This document shows, piece by piece, positions 13,101 to 26,770 of a stretch of 36,921 nt of DNA. A program made the position numbers and the translations under genes. How positions within the stretch are numbered: position 1 is the first letter of the stretch; each line of letters begins with the position of its first letter. The notes beneath the pieces were generated by a model, which worked only from the letters and a program-made list of their open reading frames with translations, had not been told where the DNA came from and did no database searches. The stretch is from Catajapyx aquilonaris. Its lineage: Eukaryota. The DNA lies in contig JYFJ02003848.1 of assembly GCA_000934665.2 (NCBI GenBank), forward strand, positions 1 to 36,921. Reading direction: 5' to 3'.

Positions 13101-16100
13101 GAGTACCGGAAAATAGAAGGCTGAAGGTGGGGTCTGCTAAGGAGAGGGGGAAATGAAGACTATAGTGACCTTCCCTCCCCCACACGGTCCACCAGTCAAA
13201 TGGGCACACTTACACCTGACCTGACCCACCCACAACCTTGCCTTCATTTCACCTCTCATTAATAATAACACCCAGACCTCCACACACAAAATGAGAACGG
13301 ATTCCGACGCTTGATTATCGTTAAAATAAAGAGAGAGTTCCGATAATCCTCCTGAGCCCACATTGCCAGCTTTAGTCACAAACACATGAATACACGCATT
13401 GTAAGACCTCTAGTGGAAAAGGCATCAGATCACAATTACTTCAATCATCCCAAGCGATAAGGCTGGCTTATACACTATAGTTGACATGTCACCATAATGT
13501 CTACCTCGCGTTTTGTGTGTAGCTATATTAAAAGAGGCATCCGGATAAGGCTCGTGTCCATGTCCGAAATGAAGCTTAATTGCTATAATTAAAACTCATA
13601 TTTGCTATATAATATTCCTGTTTAAAGAAAGTGTCATAACCATCATTGCAGAGAAACACATTGAGGGACGTTTGTATATGCTTCACATATCACGAAGCAT
13701 GTTCTGGTGATTCGGAGTCTTACATTCGGGACCACTGAACTAGCTTATGTCATAAAAATGAAAATGCATTGTTCACACTCGGCTGTGTAAACTTATGGGA
13801 TGTGCAACAACGCAGAAACTTTTAAAAAGTGTTATCATTCCGGGCATCCACCTTCCACGTAGGAAATAATGGAGCTCACAAAGACTGAAGCCAATTTAGG
13901 ACCAGGACAGGCTCATCTTGCGTTAGTCGTTTCTTCACATTCGTAACTTCCAGAATTACCAATCAACTGCCCAACACACACGAACTTACCAGAAACACAG
14001 TGCGACATAGAGCGAGCAAAGGAAGAGCGAACATTAAGATTTCTCAACCGGATATGGGTTTGTGGACTTTGTATGACTATCGTTCGCAAAAGGTTAATTA
14101 ATACCAAAGGTTGCAACAAATGTAGTAGAAAATACTTGACTGGGTGCAGAGTATATATTTATGCTGAATGCGAATGTTGCTGCTATCAGTGACAGGCATT
14201 AGTCCACGTAAGAAATAACCAGGGCTTGGTCGTTAGTATAATATGAAGCGACCATCATATTTATATTCATAGAACCGATTAATTTTATATATAGTACTGG
14301 TCTTCCACCGGAGTGTCACGAAATAACTATAAACCTATCAAGACACAAATGTCATGACAGAACTAATTCAGTAGGCAACATTGCACATTACATCACAACC
14401 ACCTTTTCTCAAAAATATACCAAAATTAAAATTTAAAAATGGAACGTGAATGACATCGTTGCGACGTATTTGCTTACATTTCCATAAAAGTGGGATAACA
14501 TATGATCACTTTGTGTTACGGAGAGACACACACACACTGTAAATTACATTCCTGAAATCCGACATCAAGGCAGGTACCCGCAGCGCAATGCTCGAGAACA
14601 TGACGGAATAAAGATACTGATAGAACCAGACCCAAGACGACAGCGCTCACTTTGGTCGCATCAAGAGCGCACCCCCAAAAAAATACACCTTCTGCCACGA
14701 GACACGATGCAACAATATTCGTTCCAGTTCCTAAAGAAGGGGGTGGAGGAAAGAACTCGGAGGGAGGTCGGCATGGCGAGCAATGGCCATCTAATACATC
14801 ACAGAAGCACGTCTTGCGACACAATCACTCGTCGGCATCCCCCCCGATCACTGAAATAATGCTGTCCTTGATATTTACAGACCAATTAGACTTTCCTATG
14901 GCTCCACAAAAGCAGTGGGAACACTACGCCAAAAACATGGCTACCAAGTTATTTGGTGTAGCTGTTACCTTACATTAACATGCAATGGATAAGGGCGGAC
15001 AAGTTGTGCTAAAATATGACATGTGGCAAGCCCAGGTCGAGCAGTGCAGCCACTGCCGCTCGAGAGGCAAATGAGGAGAGAGGACAGCTGCAGCATCAAG
15101 TGGTTATCAAGTCAGACGACGCGTCGACAAAAGTTAGTTTGCATGACGAAATAATTATGTGAACGTGAGTTTCGAGCAACACTCGTGCTCGTTGGCAACG
15201 AGATGGTGTAACTATACCCATGTTTATGATTGGCAGTGATAACTGGCATACAAAAGACATGAGGAGCATCATACCCTGGACTCCCCCGTCCTCTAATAGG
15301 GTGTGGGGCCTTAGAGCAGCATCCTGCATTATTGAGTTACTGCAATGGAATCTGCAATGCTGGAAGCTGCATAATATGACATAAGTATTCGTACTGCCAT
15401 TACTACCAGGGAAAGATTCAGAATACGTAATGAACTGGCAATAAGCACAGCCGGACGACCTGCTACAGTATCTCCACACAAAAGAACAAAAGGAGAGGAA
15501 GAGGGTACGTAGGAACCACAGACCGCGACCATCAGTGTCTCTTCAGCAGAAATTCACGTTGGAAGGGATGTTTCACAAACTCGTGTTTTCATGCTTGCAG
15601 TACGTACTCTAATGTTAGCAGGTGATATTTAAATCAGAATTAACTTTCATGTACCAAACCATCAGGATTCTATCGCGAGGTGGCTCATTGTGCTTGGCAA
15701 ATAATTGCAACATAGTACAATACACCTGTTAGTTCATCATCATCACGAGTACCTTCTTACCAGCCCAAATATACAACATTTCTAAAATCTATCACGTATA
15801 GAAGATAACCTGCTCAATTTAAAAAGACTAAGACGACTAGAACTTCACACTATAGCCATCTTTGCCATATACAAGGAATAAATTTCGGGCACAATATAAT
15901 TAAGGCGGAAATACCAATAACCTAATATACCAGATTAACCTGACTTTAGGAACTGCTGTTTTCCGCCTGCAATATTTCAGTCAAAGAGACACTTTTAAAT
16001 AATAGTTGAGTGGGGAAGACCCGGCCAATATGGCCTTGCACCCCTGCTGGAGCAAAGCTCCTCAAAAGTCTACTGGAGATGAAGACCAAGAATGCCATAA

Positions 16101-18812
16101 CCCTAAAACCATGAACCTCCCAGGCTTAAAACTAAAATGACCAAGGAAAGAGACCAAGGAAAGAGACACTGCGACGATTTCTTCCGACCTTCCAAAACGT
16201 CAGTTATTCGGCCTATCCGCCACCAGATGAAATGAATGTAACTCACATTGCATCCAGACGACAACAATGTCCGCCATAAATCCACATTACAAAATATATT
16301 ATGGTCAAAGTGGTTTATGACCGTGTATACTACTACTACTGTAGCCATGCGCATCTAGTGCCATTAGATCATGTCAACGATCCTGAGTCAAGGTGCACCT
16401 TAGCAACTCAAGCGCTTTCAGGTGAAGGGCATGTAATGCCGTCAGAGTACGACGAAAAAGACACTTATCGCAAATAGAAAGAATTGCAAACGCGAGTACC
16501 TCCTCCTGCATACAGTATATGTGACCCGTATGCATCTTACATTTCAAACCTTTTAGTAACACTGCCAGTACTCAATCTACACTGGCACTCATTATCATGC
16601 ATGATTCTGGATTCGGGCCAGATAACTACGACAAAGAGAGGAACAACAAATTGTGATGTGCGAGGAAGACATGACCCTCTTGGTCCCTCTTGACCAGTCA
16701 CGTTGGCCCTGCGAAAGACACTGACTTCAATATGAAATAGGGCCGAGGTGACAAGAGGCTGCAACAAACACATCGTACACTATAGACAACCCGTGTTTGC
16801 CACCACCCACCGCACCTACTAGTAAGGGAAGTGCGGCACACAGAGAGACGAGGACCACATCTGTCCCATGGTCGTCCCACGTCTCCTGATAAGTCGCCCG
16901 AGGACCTAAAGACGGTCCACGACAGGCCAAAACAACAAGCAAATAATGACACACGCAATGTCTTTCTTGCGAGTAATGTCGCAGCAGAATGACTGTCTCC
17001 ATTCTTTTCCAACCAGCTGTTTCATCAACACCACACAGTTACGAATGGCCAAATCCGGTCCTCGTAGCGGCAAAAGCCCACGGACGATCTTAGACGAGAA
17101 ACGTCACGAAAGAAGAGTCGCATAGCGTGGAGCAGGAAAATAATTTGCACGCAGCTTATCGGCGACAGACTAATAAGTCATGATAGTCTAATGAAAAGGT
17201 TAACATGTCTCATAGAAGACGGTAAAGTGTTATCATTACCCAAGTATCACGTGACAGCCGCCTCTTCAGCCCGAGTTCCAAAAAAAAAAAAAAAAAATCA
17301 AAGCAGGACGAGGGTTTCATGTGCGAGGAAGATGACATGCCATGAATAAAGACTCAACCCCCATAGAAGAATCCACCAAGCAACAATTGGAATAATGTGT
17401 CTTAATGAGCCTTGTGCATAATCATATGGTACACACAATATTCGCTTTAATATAATAATTACAATCTGCTTAATTGACTTGTGAATTCTCCCCATATCAT
17501 TTTTACATACAATTCACTTTTTTACAATGCCAAGAAACATACGAGTAATTTACTCAGCGTTTATTCACGTTTTCGAACAAGTTAGGAATACAAGAAGGAA
17601 TGTTTCATTATAGTTAATTTTCTCCATTTAAAAATCACACGTATAGGTCGCACCCACTCTTTTCCTTCAAAAATGACTCCTCGTCCAGTATTTCTATTAC
17701 AAGCTTCTCCAGCGGAGGTTCATTTTCCTTCGACGAAGACATCAAAATCAGGGGTCAACACAATGTACTGCTCCTGTTTTGCCTTCCAAATCTACATAAA
17801 ACTACAGTGTATTCAGACAGCAAAGTTGACATCATTGGTTGTGGTCAAAGTGCCTCCAAGGCAAATCATTTGCATACAGAAAAAAACAATTTATAGTATT
17901 CCGACACAATAGTTTACATAGAAGGAATAGCATACATACTGAATGCAAGAAAGCTTTACAAGTCCAGATAATGACGTGTCAAAATGACGAGAACCTACTG
18001 GCAGTGTAAACGACCAAAATAAGGCCGTACCAACGGAGCATATTCAACAATATTACACGCATAAGACAAAAGTACACGACCTCTCAAATTACTGTACTGC
18101 AAAAGCAATAGGATTTCAAGCTGCGAAGTTAATAATGGGCAAAGGAATGCAAAGAGAATGCCAACAGGATCTCGTCAATCCGAACCTGTTATTAATTATC
18201 CGAAAAAGGCATCATTGCACATACAGTGCAGTTGGAGAGCCTGCGGGAAGGACCAAACTATAGATGGTTTGTAAATATACCGCCCAGAAAAGGAGGAGTC
18301 AGACTAACTGCTCCAGTGGGAACGATGTGCTTCTAGATATTTGGGAGGTATGAGCCCTGACACATACAAGTCAAAGTTAACAAAATCCTGCGCCTGCTCC
18401 GGTATACTTTCCTGGCGATTGCTGTTTCTAAGAAGGAAGAGATATAGACAGAGAGACTGGCCTGTCCTAGCATCGCAAGCATTCTCACTGATATACTCGT
18501 ATAAACTACCACCGAAATGCGCCAAATCTCGGACAGTGCGAAGTTATTGCTTTCTTGAACATGCTTATTAATGCATATCCTTTGGCAAAAAAAAAATACT
18601 CGTAAATGAAGACGTGTGTTCCATGTATTCCGGTTGTTAACGCAGAAGAAAAGAAATACTGAGGACCTCCCAGTGGAAAGAGAAGTGACTATAAGGCGGG
18701 TCACGTTTTGATATTCAAATAACCTTAAGAAATGACACACAGAGGCCATCAAACTGACATGTGCAGACACACGGCATCATGTGAAGGAGCCACAGTAATC
18801 CTGGCAGTTTTA

Positions 18813-21800
18813 TCTACACCAAGCATGAAGCCAAAATCACAACCATCCAAAAGGATTTAACGCATCAAACAGCCACAGTTGCGTTTTAATACTGAGATGT
18901 ACAACAGAATTATTAGCGAATGCTGCCTGTTGCAGGATTAACATGGGGTCTCTATATACCGCCGCCTCGGATTAGACGGCATAGAATCTGCATATTACCT
19001 ATAGCTGCTGCAGGGTATGTGTCTAATTCAATCAAATTTTGCAGAGCACCATCCAGTTAAGGCACTCACTAATCATGTAAAATTTGAATCGAGTATGCAT
19101 AATCATATGAAGCGACAATAATAATCCGACAATAGGTTACGAACACCTTAGTGTTAATATGAATACCTGAATTAAGTAAAATGATCAGGCACAAATGTGC
19201 TAACAGCACGTCTCGGTCAGACTTCCGTGTATTAACCGGACATCATCTTCATGCTGCGAGAGAATGCGTGGAACCAGTCTCAGGCACGAGTCACATGGCA
19301 CTAATTGAATGAATAATAATCTTATGCAATGTTCTGCACGTTTCAAAATTTTCACCAACACTCCAAGAGGAAACTTCCGCCTCCCATTCCGACAATCCAT
19401 TGCTTGGCCTTTCCCAAGACCACAGGAATTTAATTGGTGCAATGAGACAAGTACCAACCTCACATTGCGACGACGTCAGATGATGTCATGCTTAGGTGGA
19501 CTAACTGACTCCCGTCTTCTATATTTACTAGGAGAACAACGCGAGGCAACACAAGCCGAAAGTGTGACCCACCACCCTCGGAAATGTTGTCAAACGTACG
19601 GAAGATCTCGTCCACCTCACTTGAAAGCAACAACGGACACATATACCTTGTATGGAGCGATGGCCGTTTAAGTGTCCAGTGCGATGCGACGGGACGTGAC
19701 ATTCAATTGACAAATCACGTGAAGAACATCAGACATGGCATGGAGAGAATAAATTAGGATCTGTCTCTCTTTGCCCTTCTCCTGTCCCTAAGAAACTACG
19801 ATGTGTGGCGAACTTGCATACTTGAGAGAGCAATATTATCTTCACCTGGGAAATTCAGTCAACATATAGCAAGTGCCACATCTAAATGAAGGTACGAGTA
19901 AAAGTTTGGCTGCGCATATTCATCAATTCAATAATAATTAGAAAGTACTGGGTCAGGCATCCAATCCCAGCGATAGATCAACACAATTTCATATAATTAC
20001 ACAGCATTAATTGTGTAGAACTTCACTTAGAAAAGCCATGGCTTCCCGTGACATTAGAGCATAGCATCCCACGAGAAAGATCAGCCTTCATTTCTCCTAC
20101 GTGCTTCTTAAACAGAGAGCACATATTCATGGTTCGGATACATGTGTGTATGCTGGTCGTGTTCTGAGCCTGTACCATTTAAAAATGTAATTTGTCTGGA
20201 TTAATGATTCAGACATCGAAGAAGTACACATTCGTAGGTCGGAGAGTGACATGGTGACCATTCTGCATGGATGACAAAAATACTGGATAGCTCCATTATA
20301 TTTAGGCGTTGCCTGACATTTAATTATTTTGATGTATTCATTGAATTCCACCCACAACTGAATACGGTTTTGGAGATCATTAACCATCTTTACGAGGAGA
20401 GCAATAGTTTCTGGGAGCCCGCCACATGCGCAGTATCTTGTGTGTCTAATACACTGGTTCACCCTCCAACAAAGTCCTTCCATTTTACCATATCACTGAG
20501 CAAAATTCATTCAGACTTCTGCAGTCGTATGCAGGTCACAAATACAACCACGATTCCTGATAGAGAAATGCGGAAGGGCTTTTTGACATGAGCAATTGGC
20601 AATCGGCGGGGGCAACAGTATTGCAGTGAGTAGTCCGAACCATGAAGGATTATGACAAACATTGGTTTGCACTTACCATAATGCATCTGGCCGACTGGAC
20701 ATTCAAGACCCCAAATCTGATCCAAACAGACGGGTTATTCACGCCCATGATACACTGACCAGGCTGCACCACACACATCCTACACGAGTAAGTTTGTGGG
20801 TGTATCATATTGTGTCAGTATAATCTTAGAATAGGTACTTTATGCAGGGAGTAATTATTCTCACTTGGTATTTATTTGTCTTACTTAACTGAACAAGGTT
20901 ACTTGTATTTTCACCATACAATATCACTTCACATTATCAATTGCAAAACAATAAATTACTCCACAATCAAATATTTCACAATTTGAAGATTTCTAGAACA
21001 TTTGCCACAATGCTAACAGGAAATGTATTCGTAACAAAGTAATGAGTATACTTAAAAACGAGTATAAATTTTACACTCGTTTTTTTTTTTTGCACCATGC
21101 TCATTATGCATATGTTTATCCACATTGCAGGAATCTATTCCAGTACTTTCCATTGGCAACTGAAGTCAAGCGGAAGCCACGAGAAGGGCCCACGCTTTTG
21201 CACACTTTACACCATTTAGATGATATCAATATCCACACACAGCACCACCAATATATTCCAGAAAATAAAAAACGAGATTTTTTTTTTTTTCCTTCGTAAC
21301 TCACAAGCGACACAAGACGATATGAACCTGCCAGAGAGGGAAAACCATGACAAATATTCTAAAGCACCAGGACGATGACTCTCATCTTGGTTACAGCCCA
21401 AAATGGACACATAAGACACAGCACAAGAAATACACCTGCCACAAGATACAATGCAAATAGCCTCTACACATCGTTCCAGCTCGTACAAAAGGTGCTCTAG
21501 GACAGACTCGTGGTGAGCAAGGGTCATATAATATGTCTTGCGACATGCTTCCCACGATGGTGATCTCTGGAGAAATACTGTCCGTGACATTTTACTCATT
21601 GACTGATTAGACTTTATGGCACAACAGCAGCAGTGCACAATATACTGCTCCAGAAATAAAGTTACTTGCAGCAGTGAGTAGAAGGATATGTGGAACTTGA
21701 GTAAAAGTCCATATGGGCCAGATCATGGGCAGCCATCAAGCCACGGGAAAGAGACTTGAAGGCAATATATAAATTATATGCATTTACAAAGACACTCCTA

Positions 21801-24800
21801 ATAATTTCTTCACATGTTGATAATGTATACGTCAATATGATAAAATCAATTTTTGATGTGCAGTATGTAGATTGGAACAATGAATTACAAGTCCCGCCTA
21901 GCAGCCACTTCACACTTGCTCTTATTAGACTGTGCAGTGTCATTGAGTCTATGACATACCCATTAATTAGGCCCATAATAGTCTCTTCAGCAGGAATTCA
22001 CTCTTTGATGCTTCCCAACTTCCCAACAATGGCTTTCATATTTTCAGTATTATGTCACACTTTTAATCAGTTAACTTTCATACAAGTTACCAAATTTCCC
22101 GGATTCTATAGAGGGGTGCTTGACAAATTGCAAATTGTATGTATAAAATAACAAACCCAAACTGAAGTATTGAACTTTTCTTATAATTATTATTGTTATT
22201 ATAACAGCTCAACTATCTTATACCGCACTTGCAGCCATGCCAGATGTCCAACACGATGCATTAATCAAATTATTATCAAGGACACGGCCATGTGCATACC
22301 TCCTTGGACTACTCAGACTGTTGGCTGTGCAATTACTAAGGCTCGACATTGTTGGGCCACTTTTTGTATCATTGCCCGTTTATTCCCAGTTTAATATGTA
22401 GTGCGAAAAGGGGCAAATTAGCCTGGAACAATAAATAACACTTAACACCTGGCAGCCACTGTGATGTCTCATTTCCATAACCAGTTGTGCAGAGAAAAAT
22501 GGTCAAGCCCAATTTCCAATGGCAACGAGGGACGCTCCTTTTCTGTTCACTTGAAGACGGCTCTTACACCACATCTGCATGAGAAGACGCCTGAAAACCC
22601 ATCAAATAGTCCACCTCAAATATTGCAAAATATTCTCTCCTACGGATTGTCCTGAAATCAGATGACCTTCTTTTGGCTGATCGACAGTGCAAAACAAAGT
22701 TGGATGTGACTATAATGACATCATAATGCAACCAGGAAGCGGGCATCGTATGACTTTGCCTTTAATTAGGACTTTTAACTGTTGCGTATTTTAGTGCCGG
22801 CATATACTTTAGTGAGGATGCACTTCAAGACGCATTCAGATACATGAAGAGATACAGAGCCTGAAGGAATCCGCATTGCCTCTGCACTCTACTGAAATAT
22901 TTCGTCATCATTCAGGCTATACACGAGTTTCATGTTGAAGTTGATGTTGCCACTGCAACGATGCCGACAGACATTACATCACACTTATTCAAACCACATT
23001 CACCGCAACAGATCACCGCTAAAAGCCCAGGGCGAACATCAGCAGTTGATAATTATCATGTCTATCACCATATACGAGTACGTAGTACTGTACGTGTTAT
23101 TGCATTTACTTTTAGTAGGAATTTGGCAACTAATACATTTGTACAAACTGATGCCGGCACGTCACTAATTTGTGGGTGATGTGCTGAAACAGTGGTGTTT
23201 TAAGAATTACCACCCACCGCACAGTGTGACATTTCATCAATCCAGCGGGATTTAAATGGAAAAGTGACCCATCTCTAATTATACAAAAACGCAACGTGTT
23301 TAGAAAGAGTCTCATTGAACAATAATAAATGTGCGACTTGGTCCCACTAATAGGGCTTCTATATATGGCAATGTTATAAAACAATGTCCTGGTCACTCTC
23401 AGGGGGTCTGCTTGGTCCATAAGGAGTTAACAAAATTTATTTTTATTGATTCGCTTATGATCACATTTCCTGGTATTACGTGGCTGAATTCCGTATACGA
23501 ATTGTTTCACCTTTAGTACAGTGACAGCAACTCTGGCGGACGTAAGTAATGAGTTCCAGGTTCAGGTCAGGTACCAGATATCAGCCAAGGGCTTCTGCCA
23601 TATATTTTTAAATGAACACGAAGCAGCAACAAAATAAGCCCAAAACTGTTCTTTATGAACTAAAGTTGTGACCAGATAACTGGGAAAATAACATTATATT
23701 AGACACCAAGTGTAACCCGCACCTCAATGCGCGTGAACAGAAAGAAAATATCCAACAATGAAACTCCAGCACACAGTCAGACGATGATGAACCGACGACT
23801 ATACTGCCATGCACAGAGATTATGGAATAGAGAACATTGAGACTAGAATGAATTTCACTCTCTCAATATTCCATTGATTGTTCCTCATCTGATGAGATGA
23901 ATGGTGTGAGCATAGAATGAAACTGTTCCGACCATTGCTTAAAGTACAACAATCGTTTGCAAGGTAAAATACGTATGTCCTGCGAGCACACACGAATGTC
24001 AGTAAAAATGGGGCATGAGATAGAAAGAAGCTGACGCTGGACCAGACATCCCAGCTCTACCTCCCAACAACAAGCATCAGCGAAATAGTGTGACAATAAT
24101 AGCTCTTAGGAAGCAGGTCAACGCACAAGTTAGTGTCCTATACAACCACGGCATGCACTTGAGCAACCAACTCCGTATAAATCTATAAATACGTGCGACA
24201 TGGACGTATATTTGATGGCTCACATGTGCGAGCGATCCAGTAGCTATAGATTCCGACATCAGATAACGCCGCAAGCACGTTTTAATATTTTTATATGAGG
24301 AAGATTTTTCCTACTGCTTAGAATAATCATACATACACCAAATGGGACTGGACGCTTATACACAAACCGACATAAATTATGCAAACACACGTCAACATGG
24401 GCAAGAGCCACAATAACTCTGGCTGTTTTAAGGTAGAGATGCTTCACCTGGTGATCCACCAAGCACGAAGCCAAAATCACAACTAGCGCCACCTCGGATA
24501 AGATGGTAGAATCTGCATAATTATTACTCATAACTGCTGTTGGGTACGTCTGACTCAATGAAATTTTTTGCAGAGGTTGTGCCGCAGCAGCAGTTAAGGT
24601 ACTCCCTAATAATGCAGAAATATTCTAGCGGGCATATAGAAACACATGAACCGACGCATTGTGAGTGTACAATAGGAATTCATTTACTTTTTAAAAAACC
24701 ATTTCGATATACAGTATAGTCCAAATCAAGATTTTGCTGTACATGTTACAAACTATGGCTAGCTATGGTTCATTATGAATTTGAGGACTAACTGGACTTC

Positions 24801-25800
24801 AGAAAACAAGAGAGCAGGAAACCTCACACCGACTAAATTACTGGACTTTGCGTTTCTCTTGTATGCTCATCAAGAAAATCAATCTTGCAAACCATGATCC
24901 ATATTTGATTTACGCTCAGATGTATTTTTTGCTCTTAAATAAGAATGCACATTAAAGTACAATTACAGCTTCAAAGCTTGCGAATCACTGCGACGGACGT
25001 GAACCACAGTGAAACAATGGAGAAAGACTGGCATCTGCTAAGAAGTAAACATTGGCGTCAGTCCGTCACAGACTATATTATGGCCATGTCCCGGGGAGAG
25101 TGTCAACATCTATCGCTAGGAAAAGTCTATCCTCACCCAACACATCTAGAGACTAATAAGACCAAAAACACAATGTGCCATCACTGCAACAGCACCTGGG
25201 GGACAATATCTCACCAAATCCAGGGTGGCACTCAAACTGTTGTCTATGCAGTTATGATAAGGCAACGGTACTCTTAGGACACTTATTGCATCATTTCCCG
25301 TTCTCACGTAATTCCTACTAATAATAATCCGACAATAAGTTATACGGAAAACCCCAGTGTTAATGCGAATACCTGAAAAGTAAAATGATCAGGCACAAAT
25401 GTGTTACATCACACATGTCTTGGTCAGACTAATTAACCGGACATTGTCTTCATGTGAGAGAATGCATGGAGAACAACCAGTCTCAGGCAAAGTAATATAT
25501 GGCACGAAGAGAATGAATATTTTCTGCCATATGCTCCTATACATGCTTCAAACTTTGCACCAACCCTCCAAAAGGACAACCCAGCTTTACTCCCTTTCCG
25601 CGACAATCTATTGCCCACGGGAATTTAATTTCTCATGTCAGCCTCACATTCCGACAACGTCAGATGATTGTCACGCTCATAGGTGGACTAGCTGACTCCG
25701 TCTTGCAATTTATTTGGAAAAGAACACGAGGCAACACAGGTCGGAAACAGTGTGACCTGCGGAAATGCTGTCAAACACACGGAAAAAGCTCGTCGCTCTC
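18813..25800. repeat. Interrupted direct duplication: ~18813-19090 matches ~24455-24630, and ~19118-19620 matches ~25320-25800
   Basis: Shared CACCAAGCA.GAAGCCAAAATCACAAC, CCTCGGAT.AGA.GG..TAGAATCTGCATA, ATAATAATCCGACAATA.GTTA, AAGTAAAATGATCAGGCACAAATGTG and CCTCACATT.CGAC.ACGTCAGATGAT. Confidence 0.9.
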
Positions 25801-26770
25801 AATGACGAGCTGGACACATTAAAACCACCCAACGAATAAGTTTCGATATAAGATCAGGTTCACTTCAGGATTATTATTATCGTAATTGCTGACTCAACAA
25901 TGATTATCTTGGGAGGGCTTGGAAACTCTCGTGATACGCGGTCATTCCATTCAGAGAGTCACCCTATAGTCATCCCGGAAATAAATACCCATTGCGTACC
26001 CATTTTCCACCTAATCCCTGAGCAGGCCTTGAAGCGATAATTCGTGATCTCAGGTGCCCGACACAACAACATGCATATTCTGAATGAGTCGGCTCCCTTG
26101 TCACCAGACCTCTTATATGTACGTGGTGGGGAACTATCATACTAAAAATATTTTATCCGTTTCCCAATAATTAGTTGCGAAGACGGATGCGTTGCCCAGA
26201 ATTTCCCCCGATTTGGCCTCGAATTATTATGACGCCACTTCAGAGCCCTATTCAGATCAAAATGCTCAGAAACGGAATTTTTGTCAAGACCCTCTGGCTA
26301 TGCGATGATACGTACACCTGCAATTAATTTGTATAGTACCTGTCACAGTGCTACTGAATCAACGTCACTGAAGTAGGCCTAAAATCAATATCTCAACAAT
26401 CACCCCTCAACTTGATTGTGAGTAATCTCCACATATTGCATCCATGTGGCGAATGTGACCCACCTGAATTCGGATCAACCTGGACAAAATGCAAGTCCAA
26501 AGAACATCCCGTAGGCAGCCATCAGGCAGCGGAAAACAGTCTCGAAAGCAATAGATAAAGATTCATTTAAAACTAGGCGGAAATAATCCCCATCATCGCA
26601 GCATCGAGTCATTTTGTAGCTCGCCTTTCGCATCTCATCACCTCGGATGACTCCACAAAACGACACACTGCTACAATCTCTTCCAGACCATGAAAGATTA
26701 TGACAAACACTGGTTTGCGTTGACCCTTTCTATAGATGCATCACGCTCCAGAACTGATCCAACCAGACGA
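20638..26770. repeat. Two short dispersed direct duplications: 20638-20735 with 26687-26770, and 21706-21770 with 26494-26560
   Basis: ACCATGAA.GATTATGACAAACA.TGGTTTGC...CTGATCCAA.CAGACG and GGCAGCCATCA.GC..CGG.AA..AG..T.GAA.GCAATA.ATAAA. Confidence 0.85.

Noticed and set aside
21054..21091. Palindrome AAAAACGAGTATAAA-T-TTTACACTCGTTTTT plus T-run, like an intrinsic terminator
   Set aside because: Eukaryotic context, AT-rich, isolated and with no upstream gene; no function supportable.
22836..22911. Minus-strand ATGATGA...CTGA resembling a box C/D snoRNA
   Set aside because: No terminal stem and no recognisable rRNA/snRNA guide. TGATGA is not visibly enriched across the domain, so a snoRNA host-gene model is unsupported.
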